The position numbers and the translations under genes are program-made. A stretch of DNA of 64,000 nucleotides from Bdellovibrionales bacterium. GTDB lineage: Bacteria; Bdellovibrionota; Bdellovibrionia; Bdellovibrionales; JAUICD01. The notes beneath the pieces are model-generated. The model was not told the DNA's origin and ran no database searches. It saw only the letters and a list, made by a program, of their open reading frames with translations. This document shows, in pieces, positions 29,009-39,406 of the stretch; position 1 is the stretch's first letter, and each line of letters starts with the position of its first letter. The stretch lies in the NCBI GenBank assembly GCA_965203275.1, contig OZ241865.1:416001-480000 (forward strand), written 5' to 3'.

Positions 29009-32000
29009 TTATTTGAATTCTATCTCATATTTTAAATCTATTCCAAAGATGCTTTCACGTTCTACGTTATTATCTACAGGATAATCTGCTTGTGTGCGAT
29101 CCAATAGGTGTCGTTTTCTGTTCTCCCATATACCTACAAGTGAAAAGTTATCATCTAATTGATATTCTACCTTGACATCAGAGGTAGGAACTTCTCTGAC
29201 AGTATCTAAATCATCAGGATTGGCAGCTGAACCTAAATGTCGACTCACACTTGTACTTAATCTTTGTCCCCATTGTTTTTTAAAAGTTACTTTTGGTATA
29301 TCTTCAAAATCCTCTGACTCTTCACTACTGGATGAAAAGTTCATTTCAACGCCAGCAGTTTCTTTGAGAGCCTTTCCCACTCCTGTCAAGCGTCCTGCAT
29401 AATTGCCTGCATAGTTGACTGTCTGTTGCCTCATTCTCTCCCCTGATGAAATGCGTCCTTCGTCTTCTTCTGTAGTGGTAAAGCCCAAAGCAATTAAACT
29501 AATAATATCTCTTTCAGGCAAAGAGGGATTGCTCTCAAATGTAATATTATGATCCTCACTTGTCCCTTGTATGGATATATTAATATCATATTGTTTGACT
29601 TGGGCATTAGCAACTAAGGAGACCACAGGATTGACTTCTTGTTGTTCAGGAGGAAAACGCAAACTAGCTGATATAATATTAAAAGGTGTATCTCTAAATT
29701 TGAGAATACTATCTCGTTTAAAATGAATTGTTCCATCAAAATAAGGGTTGTCAAGAGGTCCAAGGAGCTTCAAGTCACCAAAAAATTCCCCTTCTACAAG
29801 GGAGTTAGCAATGGTTGCATCAGATTGAAAAAATGCATGCATATCCCATATAAATGCAGAGTTTTTCTTTTTAAATAAGGACTTTGGTAGGAGATAGGCA
29901 TAACGTTGTAGAGAGGTATCAGGGATATCATCTTCAAATTCTTTTTCAACTCTAGCTTGATTGACATGATAAGTGCCTTTTAAAAGAAATGGGAACCAAG
30001 ATCCGGACACTTCTATTTGAGCGTCCCCTTGTGTTGTTATACCTTCAGGAACATGCAATGTGATATTGTTAGCTGTGGCTAAAATTTTTGTAGGTAGATT
30101 ACGCCAACCTTCCACAGCAATTTGGCCATTGGCATGGAACTGCCCCGTTGTCAATTGACCACTTAAATCTGTGAGAATAATATTTTCTTCAGAAAATAAA
30201 ACCTCCATTTTTAAATTGTTGAGTGTATGAGGTATATTTTTAAGTCTAGCATCTCCATCATTGATATAAGCACTACCTATGAGTTGCAATTGATCCATTG
30301 AACCTCTAATATCACACCTTAGTTCTAATAACCCCCTTAAGTCTTCCAAAAATGGAGTTAAAAAAGCTATCATATATGTATCAATTTTTCCGTTGAGAGA
30401 TAAGTTCAAATTATCTTTTTGAGAATTTTCAGCATGGACTCGAAAGTGTGTATTATTTCCAGTCAAAAGAAAGTCTTTGATACTCATCTTACCATATTCA
30501 AATGCAATAGATGTGGGTTGCTTTAAATAAAGATCATTTTTCCCTCTTTGCAATATAACTTTGTCTAGCTGAATATTCCCATGAGCCATCCAAATCCAAT
30601 CAGAATTTGAAGAAATATCTACTTGACCTGATACAGATGTTTCGTATTCCTGCACCAAAGCTTCTTGATTGATGAGAGCAAAAGCTGGAGCAAAGTCCCA
30701 CTCATTCATCTTCATTTTAATAAAAAAAGGTGCCTGAGCATGCCAAGGAATTAATGTCTCTAAGTTTAAAGTTTGATTTTCTAAATGGCCATTTATATGA
30801 ACCCCTCGAGAAGAAAGAGTTATATTATAATAAGGTGTGGCAACAGGAAGTTCTGAAATATGAAAGCCCTCTATATGTCCTGAAATTTTCATTTCTGGTT
30901 TTAAAACATGGCCTTGTAAAGATATATTAAAGTTATTTTGACCAAAAACATCTAACCCATAGTCTTGTAAGGTTTCACTGTTTTCTAAATAAAGATTAGT
31001 TCCTTTGATCTGTACATCAATTTGTCCATCAGGATGCCCCACTCCTGATAGAATAGCAATTTTCCCAAGACTTTTGTGTATTTCTACTTGCTGGCTTTCT
31101 ACTTCACCTTTTTGGGCCTCTACGTGAAAGATGATTTGGTCAAAAGATTCTTGAGCTATAGCTCCTTGCTCTGTAGTGATATTTAAGTTATAGCTTAATT
31201 GATGAAATTGAAAAGGACCCCATACTTTAAGGTAGGCTTTTCCCTCAGCATAAACAGGGAGAGGGAAAAGATATTTTCTTTGCATAATATTTCTAAGGTC
31301 AGCTAATTGTATTTTTTCAGAAGTGACTTCTGCTTCTAAAGTAGAAGATCTCAAATCAATATTCAAATCTCCTTTATACTGGCTGTCTTCAAAATGCCCC
31401 TGGATATTTTGAAAAGAAAGCTGGCCTTTTTGATATTGCATCGTAGATGTGAAATTTCCAATACCATAGTCTTCAAACCAAATATTTTGAGCTTTAAGAT
31501 CCATAAATACAGTAGCATATTGAGAATTTCCTTGTGTTAAACCTGTGATAGCTGTTTGTCCTTCTATTTTAAGATCGGCTAAAGATTTTATATCTTTGAA
31601 GTTCAATTTTCGTGTTCCAAAACTAAAGCGAAAGCCTGACTTATAATTGACATGGCCAGAGACAGCTCCTATGGTTTGACCAATATCAAGACCTGCATTG
31701 ATAATGACTTCACGGCTATTGATGGTCACATTGCCTGTAGCTATTCCTTCTTTAAAAGCTGCAATGCTTTTTTGATTGCTACTATGTACTAAAAAGTCAC
31801 TTAAGTTTAAATGACTACCAATACATTGTATTTTAAAAGGAGACTTGAACTGGCCCTTGCAAGGCAGACGGCCTTGAGCATTTAACTGCAAGGGAGGAGG
31901 CCCTATATGAAAGTCTGTCAAAAGCTGTTTTAATTCTAAAGATTTGATTTGAATTTCTGTCTGCAATGAAAGCAAATCATCAAATTGCAAAATTGTATTG

Positions 32001-33079
32001 GATAAATCAAAATGATTGTTTTTGTTTTGAATTGTCCACTTTGTGACTTTCAAGGCATTTTCTTGCAAGGTCCCTTCTAATTGAAGCCGACCTAGATAAA
32101 AGCGATTCAGTTGCAAGCCATGAGCATAAGCCCTGAGCTGTGAATTTAAAGGGACACCTTTGTTTTGCTTTAATTGAGCAGAAGTTTCTAAAATGCCTTT
32201 GGTTTGTGTTATAGGCAATTCTGGATCAAAGAGAAGTGCTACTTCATGTAGTTGCTTGAACTGCAAACGGGAACGCCATTGCAACTGATATTGTCTTAGA
32301 CAGTTATTGAATGTTTTTTCAATAGAGCAATGCCCTGCAAAAAGATGAAGAAAGTTAGAACTTCTACCTATATGTAAGCTAGATAAAAAGATATTCTCTC
32401 TATCAAAATGCACACTGGTTTTAAAAGTCCAATTTGCATTGATCAAGCTAGCTAGCTGTCTTTTTTGGTGATGATAAGTAAAAGAAGGACTGTTGACAAA
32501 CACAGACCAATTGTTATTTTTATAATCTACCTTTAAAAAAAGATCTTTCCAGTTTATTTGCTTTTCATAGTGACGAATGTTTAGCTGTGTATCTTCTAAA
32601 ATCACAGACGAAATAGGAATATCTAAATATTGAAATATTTTCTCTTTATCTAAACTAGACAATAAAGAGCGACTCTCTTTTTTAACGAGCTTTTTAGAAG
32701 ACTTTGGCAAGATTTTAATAGCTAAATCTGCCCCCCGTATACGCACTTCTTTAATCAAAAAATAACCCGAAAATAAAAAAGAAATATCTAAAGTAATATG
32801 TAAGCTATCAATTGTAAAGTCTGATAAATATTGACGAATTTCTTTTTGGGGCTTCACTTTTATATTATAGGCATGAAAGCTCATGGTCAGTAAGTTGAAG
32901 TCAATATTTTCAGGTATGATATGGATTTTTTGGTCTTGGCTTTGGGCGATGATTTGGTCTATGGCCCAGCTTTTGATCAGAGGTAGGTGGTAGGCATATA
33001 AAAACCCCATGAGTCCAAAAAATATAAGCAATAAACAGAAAAAATAATATTTAGAATGTTTCATGCCACTTCTTTCCAT
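29009..33079 (-). CDS. translocation/assembly module TamB-like (AsmA-like) protein
   Basis: N-terminal anchor, long beta-rich body, C-terminal ESNPSLPERDIISLIALG and DLKYEIEFK. Confidence 0.82.
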   Translation of the reverse strand: MERSGMKHSKYYFFCLLLIFFGLMGFLYAYHLPLIKSWAIDQIIAQSQDQKIHIIPENIDFNLLTMSFHAYNIKVKPQKEIRQYLSDFTIDSLHITLDISFLFSGYFLIKEVRIRGADLAIKILPKSSKKLVKKESRSLLSSLDKEKIFQYLDIPISSVILEDTQLNIRHYEKQINWKDLFLKVDYKNNNWSVFVNSPSFTYHHQKRQLASLINANWTFKTSVHFDRENIFLSSLHIGRSSNFLHLFAGHCSIEKTFNNCLRQYQLQWRSRLQFKQLHEVALLFDPELPITQTKGILETSAQLKQNKGVPLNSQLRAYAHGLQLNRFYLGRLQLEGTLQENALKVTKWTIQNKNNHFDLSNTILQFDDLLSLQTEIQIKSLELKQLLTDFHIGPPPLQLNAQGRLPCKGQFKSPFKIQCIGSHLNLSDFLVHSSNQKSIAAFKEGIATGNVTINSREVIINAGLDIGQTIGAVSGHVNYKSGFRFSFGTRKLNFKDIKSLADLKIEGQTAITGLTQGNSQYATVFMDLKAQNIWFEDYGIGNFTSTMQYQKGQLSFQNIQGHFEDSQYKGDLNIDLRSSTLEAEVTSEKIQLADLRNIMQRKYLFPLPVYAEGKAYLKVWGPFQFHQLSYNLNITTEQGAIAQESFDQIIFHVEAQKGEVESQQVEIHKSLGKIAILSGVGHPDGQIDVQIKGTNLYLENSETLQDYGLDVFGQNNFNISLQGHVLKPEMKISGHIEGFHISELPVATPYYNITLSSRGVHINGHLENQTLNLETLIPWHAQAPFFIKMKMNEWDFAPAFALINQEALVQEYETSVSGQVDISSNSDWIWMAHGNIQLDKVILQRGKNDLYLKQPTSIAFEYGKMSIKDFLLTGNNTHFRVHAENSQKDNLNLSLNGKIDTYMIAFLTPFLEDLRGLLELRCDIRGSMDQLQLIGSAYINDGDARLKNIPHTLNNLKMEVLFSEENIILTDLSGQLTTGQFHANGQIAVEGWRNLPTKILATANNITLHVPEGITTQGDAQIEVSGSWFPFLLKGTYHVNQARVEKEFEDDIPDTSLQRYAYLLPKSLFKKKNSAFIWDMHAFFQSDATIANSLVEGEFFGDLKLLGPLDNPYFDGTIHFKRDSILKFRDTPFNIISASLRFPPEQQEVNPVVSLVANAQVKQYDINISIQGTSEDHNITFESNPSLPERDIISLIALGFTTTEEDEGRISSGERMRQQTVNYAGNYAGRLTGVGKALKETAGVEMNFSSSSEESEDFEDIPKVTFKKQWGQRLSTSVSRHLGSAANPDDLDTVREVPTSDVKVEYQLDDNFSLVGIWENRKRHLLDRTQADYPVDNNVERESIFGIDLKYEIEFK

Positions 33080-34260
33080 TGGGATAATGTTAAATCGGCA
33101 GATTTAAAATCAGGTTGTTGTTTGACAATTTCAGACATCAGTTCAATAGCTTCATTATTTTTATTAAGTCCCCATAAGGCCTTTGCTTTAAAGTACATAA
33201 GTGATAAAAGCACATCAGGGTTTTCATCCATATATTTTTCAGAAAGATTATCTATGTGTTCTAAGAGTTCTAAATAACATTTATGGGCAGAGTAAACCTC
33301 TAACTTTAAAAAATCAATAGACTTAAGAGATGTCATAGACAGATCATGACATCGAGATTCATATTGATTTAAGACATTGAGGGCTTCTTGATAAGCTCCC
33401 ATCACAAAAAGACTGACAGCTAAGTCGTATGCTAGATGAGGGATCTGTTGGGCTTGTTTCAAAATAGATGGGATAATTTCTTTTTGGGCTTTACTGAGGG
33501 TCTCTTGAAATTCACTTTCTACTTGCTGAAAAATACGATTGATTAAAAATTCTTCTTGAGATTTAACAGATGGCACAAAATGACTTTCAGAAGGTGTGTC
33601 TTTATATTCTGCTTCTTCTAGGATGGCCTGAGATGTGGTGATCTGATCAGAGGCTTCTTGTGATTGTGATGTATCTAAACTGTGTGTGTGTTTTATATAG
33701 GTTTGCTTTTTCTCTGTTTTTCTCTCTGTTTTTTTGGGGGGCTTTTTCTCTGTTTTTGATACACCTCGCCACTTTTCGATAAGATGTTTTTGAATTTTTT
33801 TAAGATGGCCCCTCCAATTATTTTCAATACTTTCATTTAAGAGGTCTTCGTCATGGCTCATAAAAGCTAGCAGTTCATTTTGACAGGATTCTTCTAGGCC
33901 TTGAAAGAGTAAATCGACAGATTCTTGATCAATATAAGTGTCAAATTTTTTAAGGATATAGGCGACATCTTGCAATGGAACTTCTTGACGTTTCAAGACT
34001 CTTTGGGCTATTTGATTACATAAACTAGCATAAAACCCGCATTGGATAAGGAATTGACATACTGTATGAGACTGAAGGTCATTGTAAGTATTAGAGGACC
34101 ATTCTCGAATAAGTGTATCGGCAATAAACATTTCATCTGTTCCTGTAAGCAACATATCTTGAATCTTAAATTCCAGAATATGGGAAGGCTTTTGAGAGTG
34201 TACCTCAGGATGTTGTGCTTTTTGATGTGATACCTTTTGAGAGTGTAATTGGTCTTTCAT
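33061..34260 (-). CDS. hypothetical protein with C-terminal TPR-like helices
   Basis: AYDLAVSLFVMGAYQEAL, YFKAKALWG...EAIELM..IV...PDFKSA. Confidence 0.7.
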   Translation of the reverse strand: MKDQLHSQKVSHQKAQHPEVHSQKPSHILEFKIQDMLLTGTDEMFIADTLIREWSSNTYNDLQSHTVCQFLIQCGFYASLCNQIAQRVLKRQEVPLQDVAYILKKFDTYIDQESVDLLFQGLEESCQNELLAFMSHDEDLLNESIENNWRGHLKKIQKHLIEKWRGVSKTEKKPPKKTERKTEKKQTYIKHTHSLDTSQSQEASDQITTSQAILEEAEYKDTPSESHFVPSVKSQEEFLINRIFQQVESEFQETLSKAQKEIIPSILKQAQQIPHLAYDLAVSLFVMGAYQEALNVLNQYESRCHDLSMTSLKSIDFLKLEVYSAHKCYLELLEHIDNLSEKYMDENPDVLLSLMYFKAKALWGLNKNNEAIELMSEIVKQQPDFKSADLTLSQWKEVA

Positions 34261-34418
34261 TATATTTCCTTATATTTTAAATAATAAATAGCCTTTAAGG
34301 CTATTTTAAACTTCTTTTACAAATTTAGCAAAAACTTTGTGAGAAAATAAGGCTTAAGCAAGATGCAGAAAATACAAAAAAAATTAAATCAAAATAAAAA
34401 AATAACCGAAGTATAGAT

Positions 34419-35345
34419 ATGAAAATCTTAAAATTAACTTTTGTAAGATGGCCCTTGCCGGTCATATATATCACTCTTTCATTGCTTCTGCACACACTGG
34501 CAGTGAGCTTTTTAGCCTTATATCAAAGGGAAGCTCTGCCTGAACCTGATGAGCAAATGTCTTCTCTGATACAAATGACTTTTATAAAAAAAGCAGACGT
34601 TTCAGAACAGCTCAAAGTTCAAAAAACTCCTCAGCAAATAGTAGAGCAGAGGAGAGATTTAAGCTATGTTCAAGACAAAGCTCCTAATAAAGCTAAATTT
34701 CTCAGTCAATATCATCAGAAAGTCTTAAAACAAACAGCATCTAGGGCTGGTCAAGCAAGTCAAAAAATGCCTATATCTCAACAGAAGGCATCTTCGCCTG
34801 GATCTTCGTCAAAACCCTATCCGTCTGTTTCGGATTTGATGCCAAAGACTCGCTGGGAGCATTATATGCAAAAGACAGAAAGCCAAAAACAATTTACAAA
34901 GAGAGAAACAAAACAAAACAGGCAGATCAGTAGTCTAGGGTTTAATATTCAAGCTGGAGACAGCAGTGATTACTTAGAAGATATAGAAGATGGTGAGCAG
35001 ACACTTTTAAACACTCAAGCTTTTAAATTTTATACATATTACGCTCGCATTAAAGAGCAGGTGCAACCTTCATGGGAATCTATGATCGAGGAAAAGGTCA
35101 GAAATATTTTATTAAAAGGTGAGATTTTTTTAGCATCTCAACAAAAAACTAGTTTATTAATCACTTTAGATCGTTTTGGTGTTTTAGTGGGTATTCAGGT
35201 TTTAAAAAAATCTCAAATCACAGACTTTGATCATATTGCAGTTGAGAGTTTTCAAATGACAGCACCTTTCCCTCACCCTCCTAAGGGTTTAATGGATGAG
35301 AATGGCATCTTAAAAATCCGATGGGATTTTATTATAGGGGTTTAG
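34419..35345 (+). CDS. TonB C-terminal domain protein (energy transducer-like)
   Basis: N-terminal SLLLH TM; C-terminal ITLD..G, FDHIAVESF...PFPHPP. Confidence 0.8.
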   Translation: MKILKLTFVRWPLPVIYITLSLLLHTLAVSFLALYQREALPEPDEQMSSLIQMTFIKKADVSEQLKVQKTPQQIVEQRRDLSYVQDKAPNKAKFLSQYHQKVLKQTASRAGQASQKMPISQQKASSPGSSSKPYPSVSDLMPKTRWEHYMQKTESQKQFTKRETKQNRQISSLGFNIQAGDSSDYLEDIEDGEQTLLNTQAFKFYTYYARIKEQVQPSWESMIEEKVRNILLKGEIFLASQQKTSLLITLDRFGVLVGIQVLKKSQITDFDHIAVESFQMTAPFPHPPKGLMDENGILKIRWDFIIGV

Positions 35346-35917
35346 TTTTTCTTTTTACTTGATTTCATACCATCAAACTCTTTAATAACTTGATCTGTAA
35401 GATCAAACTTTGGTTTAGACCAAAGGATTGTGATATCTGCTTTTTGTAAGATCATATCATACTTTTCTCTTTTAGCGATGCGGTCAATCACTGTGTGTAG
35501 CTTTTTTAAGATGGGTTCTGTTAGTTCCCTTTCTCTTGTTTGCATCTCAAGACGGCTTTCTGCAAGTAATTTTTGAAACTTCAGTTGTTCTTCTTGTAAT
35601 ACCATTTCTTTTTGTGAACGCACTTCATCAGAGATCACCATAGCTTGTTTTTTCAAATTTTGAACCATTGTCTTAAGATCACCTTCTTTGGCTTCTAGTT
35701 CTTTTTGTTTTTTTTGGAATTCTTTTTCCAGTTGTTTTTCAGCAGATTGGCCTTCTCGAGTTGTTCGGATGGCTACACTCATATCCACATAACCTAATTT
35801 GATGCCCAAAGTTTCTGTAGCGTCCTCTTTTTTGTTTGCCTGATCAGCTACAAGTACTTCTGCAAACAAAAAAACGCTCAATAAACCTGTTAAAATAATA
35901 ATTTTTGTTAGTTTCAT
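35342..35917 (-). CDS. skp: OmpH/Skp periplasmic chaperone
   Basis: KLGYVDM, coiled coil, IAKREKYDMIL, DLTDQVI; downstream of bamA. Confidence 0.9.
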   Translation of the reverse strand: MKLTKIIILTGLLSVFLFAEVLVADQANKKEDATETLGIKLGYVDMSVAIRTTREGQSAEKQLEKEFQKKQKELEAKEGDLKTMVQNLKKQAMVISDEVRSQKEMVLQEEQLKFQKLLAESRLEMQTRERELTEPILKKLHTVIDRIAKREKYDMILQKADITILWSKPKFDLTDQVIKEFDGMKSSKKKN

Positions 35918-35960
35918 CGTTCAACTCCTTTATATTATTTCATTATATTATTTTAAAATT

Positions 35961-38390
35961 TTAAAAAGGTGCTGGCTTGCCCATATCAAACTGCAAGACA
36001 AAACCACTCTCACCTCTTTTCTTAGCGATAGGTATTCCGAATTCTATCCTTATAGGGGATATAGGGGTATTTAAACGGAATCCAAAGCCTACATTACTTC
36101 TAAAATTTTGTAAGTAAAACACATCATCTGCAAAACCTGCATCAAAGAATAAAACACCTTGTAAGTTCATGCGGGATACCAGAGGAAATTGTAGCTCTAA
36201 GTTATAATAAAATTGTTGTGTCCCACCAACAACTTTTTCAGCTTTTCGTCTTTCAGAATATTCTGCTTTACCTACAGTAAACCAATCATAGCCTCTCAAT
36301 GTATCAGCACCCCCTAACCTTAAAAGTTGGTTAAAAGGAATGTGCCTTCCATGAGGAGCTTTAAGAAAAGCATAAGTCAAATTATTGCGAATCACAAGAG
36401 TTTTAAAAATTTCTTTGAAAAAACGTGCATTAAAAGACCCTTCTATGTATTTTTTACTCCCTCCAATCCCTGCATAGTCCAGAGAGGATGAAAAAAATAC
36501 ACCATTTCGAGGATAGAGGCGATCATCCCTTCGATCATACTCTAAAGAAATACCGATAACACTACGAGAGCCGTTAGCTGTATCAGGGTGATCATAAAAA
36601 GTCTTAAATGTAGGTACAGTATCATCAAAATTGTCATCTGGTGTCAGAGTGGTATGATAATATTTGTAATTGATAAATCCTCTTAGATAGTCAGCTAGAG
36701 GATAACCTAGTCGTAGGCCACCTCCTGTACGATTTTCTCTATAATTATCCTCCAACATATAAAACTCTGTATGATAAACGTCTATTCCTACAGACCATAG
36801 TGTATCTACAAAATATGGCTCTGTGAATTGAAAGAAATAATCTAAGCCCAAAGGGCGTTGGAATGCATTATAATTTGCAGAATTTAGAGTTGCACCTAAT
36901 GCTAGACTCTGTCCTCTTCCGAACAAATTATAACTTTGAAGTCTGACAGTCCCCATAAAACCATTACGTCCATTGTAACCTACTTGTAGCTGGATACTAT
37001 CTGTGCTACGTTCTTTGACTTGGATCTCTATATCCATAGTGGTGGGGTCATCAGGGTTGATTTTTTGTTGAAGAATGACATCTTCAAAGTATCCAAGTCT
37101 TCTCACATTGGCAAGGGATCGTCTTTTGTCTGTTTCGTTATAAAGCTCACCTTCTTTGATTCTTAGCTCTCTTCTGATGACCTTATCTCTTGTTTTTTCA
37201 TTACCTACAATGGTAATATTTTTGATGAAAACTTTTTCACCTTTATCTATTTCAAAGGTGAGATTGACTGTGCTGTTTTCTTCATCCACTCGAGTTTGTG
37301 GTACAACGTTAGTGTAAGCATAACCTAGGTCCCCGTACATAGCTTGCAGTCGACTTAAGTCTCCTTGTAATACATTGTAGGCAAAAAACTCACTATCTTT
37401 GATAGAGACCTCTTTTAAAAGCTCCTCTGAGGAAAAAAGCTCATCTCCTACAACATCTACGTTGCCTATTTTATATTTCTTCCCTTCTTCTATAGAAATA
37501 CGGATGGCAATGTTTTTTCTATCTGGGGAAATATAGACCCTAGGCATATCAATTTCTACATTGATATAGCCTTCGTTGTAGTAAAGGATTTTCAAAACTT
37601 GGACATCTCTTTCAAAGAATTCTTTGCGGTATTGGCCTGAACCAGACAGAAAGCTAAAAAAGCCCTTTTTTTTAGTTAGCATAACTGACCTGAGTAGATC
37701 GTCAGAGATATTTTCATTACCTAAAATAGTGATATCTCTGACTTTGACTCTGTCATTTTCTTCAATTTGAAAGGTCAAATCCGCTGCATTGTTTTGAAGG
37801 TATTGCAGATCATAATCCACAGAGGCTAGAAAAAAGCCCTTTTCTTCATAGAGTTTTTGCATTTTATCAGCAGCTAAGCGAATAGAAGAAATATTTAAAA
37901 ATTGATAGGGCTTAATATCTAAAGCTGCTTGCAGGTCTTCATCAGATAGAGAGTCATTGCCTTCAAAATTAATTTTTGTGATGGAGGGTTTTTCTGTGAT
38001 GGTGTAAGTGAGGGTTTGATCTGTATGATCAACTTTAATATTGTAGAAATAGCCCATTTGATAGAGTCTTTGGACATCTTCACGTACAGTTTGATGGAGC
38101 TGAGCTGTTGTGTAGTTAAAGCTTTTTTTAACTTTAATTTGAGTGAGGATAGCATCTGTTTCAATCCGGCTATTCCCTTTAACGTTGATCTGTTGGATGG
38201 TGTTACTGGCAGGCTGTCTTAATCCTTGATCTTCTTGTGTTTGTGCCTCTTGAGGCTTTGTCTCTTGGGGGTTTGCCTCTTGAGATTGTCCATAAGATAG
38301 GTCGGGCTTTAAAAAAGGTCCCAGCAAGCATCCTAGTAAGCAAGACAATAGGAATAATCTTTTTAAGATTAATTGGGGGAATATTTTCAT
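35961..38390 (-). CDS. bamA: outer membrane protein assembly factor BamA
   Basis: Five POTRA-like domains (VKGNSRIE, FEGN, ILGN, VGNEKTRDKVIRRE), GGADTLRGY, GFGFRLNTPISP. Confidence 0.92.
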   Translation of the reverse strand: MKIFPQLILKRLFLLSCLLGCLLGPFLKPDLSYGQSQEANPQETKPQEAQTQEDQGLRQPASNTIQQINVKGNSRIETDAILTQIKVKKSFNYTTAQLHQTVREDVQRLYQMGYFYNIKVDHTDQTLTYTITEKPSITKINFEGNDSLSDEDLQAALDIKPYQFLNISSIRLAADKMQKLYEEKGFFLASVDYDLQYLQNNAADLTFQIEENDRVKVRDITILGNENISDDLLRSVMLTKKKGFFSFLSGSGQYRKEFFERDVQVLKILYYNEGYINVEIDMPRVYISPDRKNIAIRISIEEGKKYKIGNVDVVGDELFSSEELLKEVSIKDSEFFAYNVLQGDLSRLQAMYGDLGYAYTNVVPQTRVDEENSTVNLTFEIDKGEKVFIKNITIVGNEKTRDKVIRRELRIKEGELYNETDKRRSLANVRRLGYFEDVILQQKINPDDPTTMDIEIQVKERSTDSIQLQVGYNGRNGFMGTVRLQSYNLFGRGQSLALGATLNSANYNAFQRPLGLDYFFQFTEPYFVDTLWSVGIDVYHTEFYMLEDNYRENRTGGGLRLGYPLADYLRGFINYKYYHTTLTPDDNFDDTVPTFKTFYDHPDTANGSRSVIGISLEYDRRDDRLYPRNGVFFSSSLDYAGIGGSKKYIEGSFNARFFKEIFKTLVIRNNLTYAFLKAPHGRHIPFNQLLRLGGADTLRGYDWFTVGKAEYSERRKAEKVVGGTQQFYYNLELQFPLVSRMNLQGVLFFDAGFADDVFYLQNFRSNVGFGFRLNTPISPIRIEFGIPIAKKRGESGFVLQFDMGKPAPF

Positions 38391-38493
38391 CTTGTTTAGA
38401 CTCCGGTGATCTTGTTTATTTTATACGCATCGCAGAAATTTACAATATCTTCCTTAAGAAGTCAAGTATTCGTTTTATTTTTTCACTCATTTT

Positions 38494-39120
38494 TTCCCTA
38501 AAATTGAACTAGCCTCTGGCTACTTTTAGTAGGAAGAATCCTCTCGTCTCTTTACACGATGTTAAGGAAACAAGACATTCGCTTCATTCTTGCCTGTCTG
38601 CCGGGTTGCCGGATTGCCGGATCCCGGATAAACACGATGTTAAGGAAACAAGATTTCCTTTTTTTGTTTTTTTTATTTTTTTAGATTCTGCGTAACTTTC
38701 AAACAAGAAGTAATTTAGAGGGAGGATGGGGCAGTGTGGGCCTGGAGATCTTCCGCAAATTGAGCTTGCTCTTTAAAAGCAAGCTCAATTGAGGACTTCG
38801 GAAGGCTCACACTGCCCCATCCTCAAGTAAAAACAAAATAGAAAAGCAGAATCGAAGGGCGGTGGGTGGGGTTAGGGAGTTAGCTGTTTCACTTGAAATG
38901 AGCCACACCTCTGCTTCACTAAAAGTAAACTAGCCTCTGGCTACTTTTAGTAGGAAGAATCCTCTCGTCTCTTTACACGATGTTAAGGAAACAAGACATT
39001 CGCTTCATTCTTGCCTGTCTGCCGGGTTGCCGGATTGCCGGATCCCGGATAAACACGATGTTAAGGAAAAAGTTCCTTTATCGCAATCCGCTTGCTCTTA
39101 AGGTAATAAAAGAAATTTTC
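38494..39120. repeat. structured element cluster 5 with 142-bp direct duplication and a ~100-nt hairpin
   Basis: 38507-38648 equals 38928-39069; long inverted repeat at 38722-38824. Confidence 0.88.
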
Positions 39121-39406
39121 TAAAATTCTGCCACAAAAACAAAAACCTAGTGGCACAAAATCTCTTTCGACTCATAACCCACTGATTTTACTCAACTTTA
39201 TTTTTTCAACTGTCAAACTCAGCCAGAAGGCATAATATGACTTGTCTCATTTAAACCATCACATCCAAGTCAGAAAAATCAATAAGGCATAAAATCTTTA
39301 TACAACAAGATACAGTGATCAATTGAAAAATTTAAATTATAATGATAGAAAAAATATCTTATAGGGAGAAGCTTGATATTTGATTTTGTTTCTTGATGAG
39401 GTAAAA

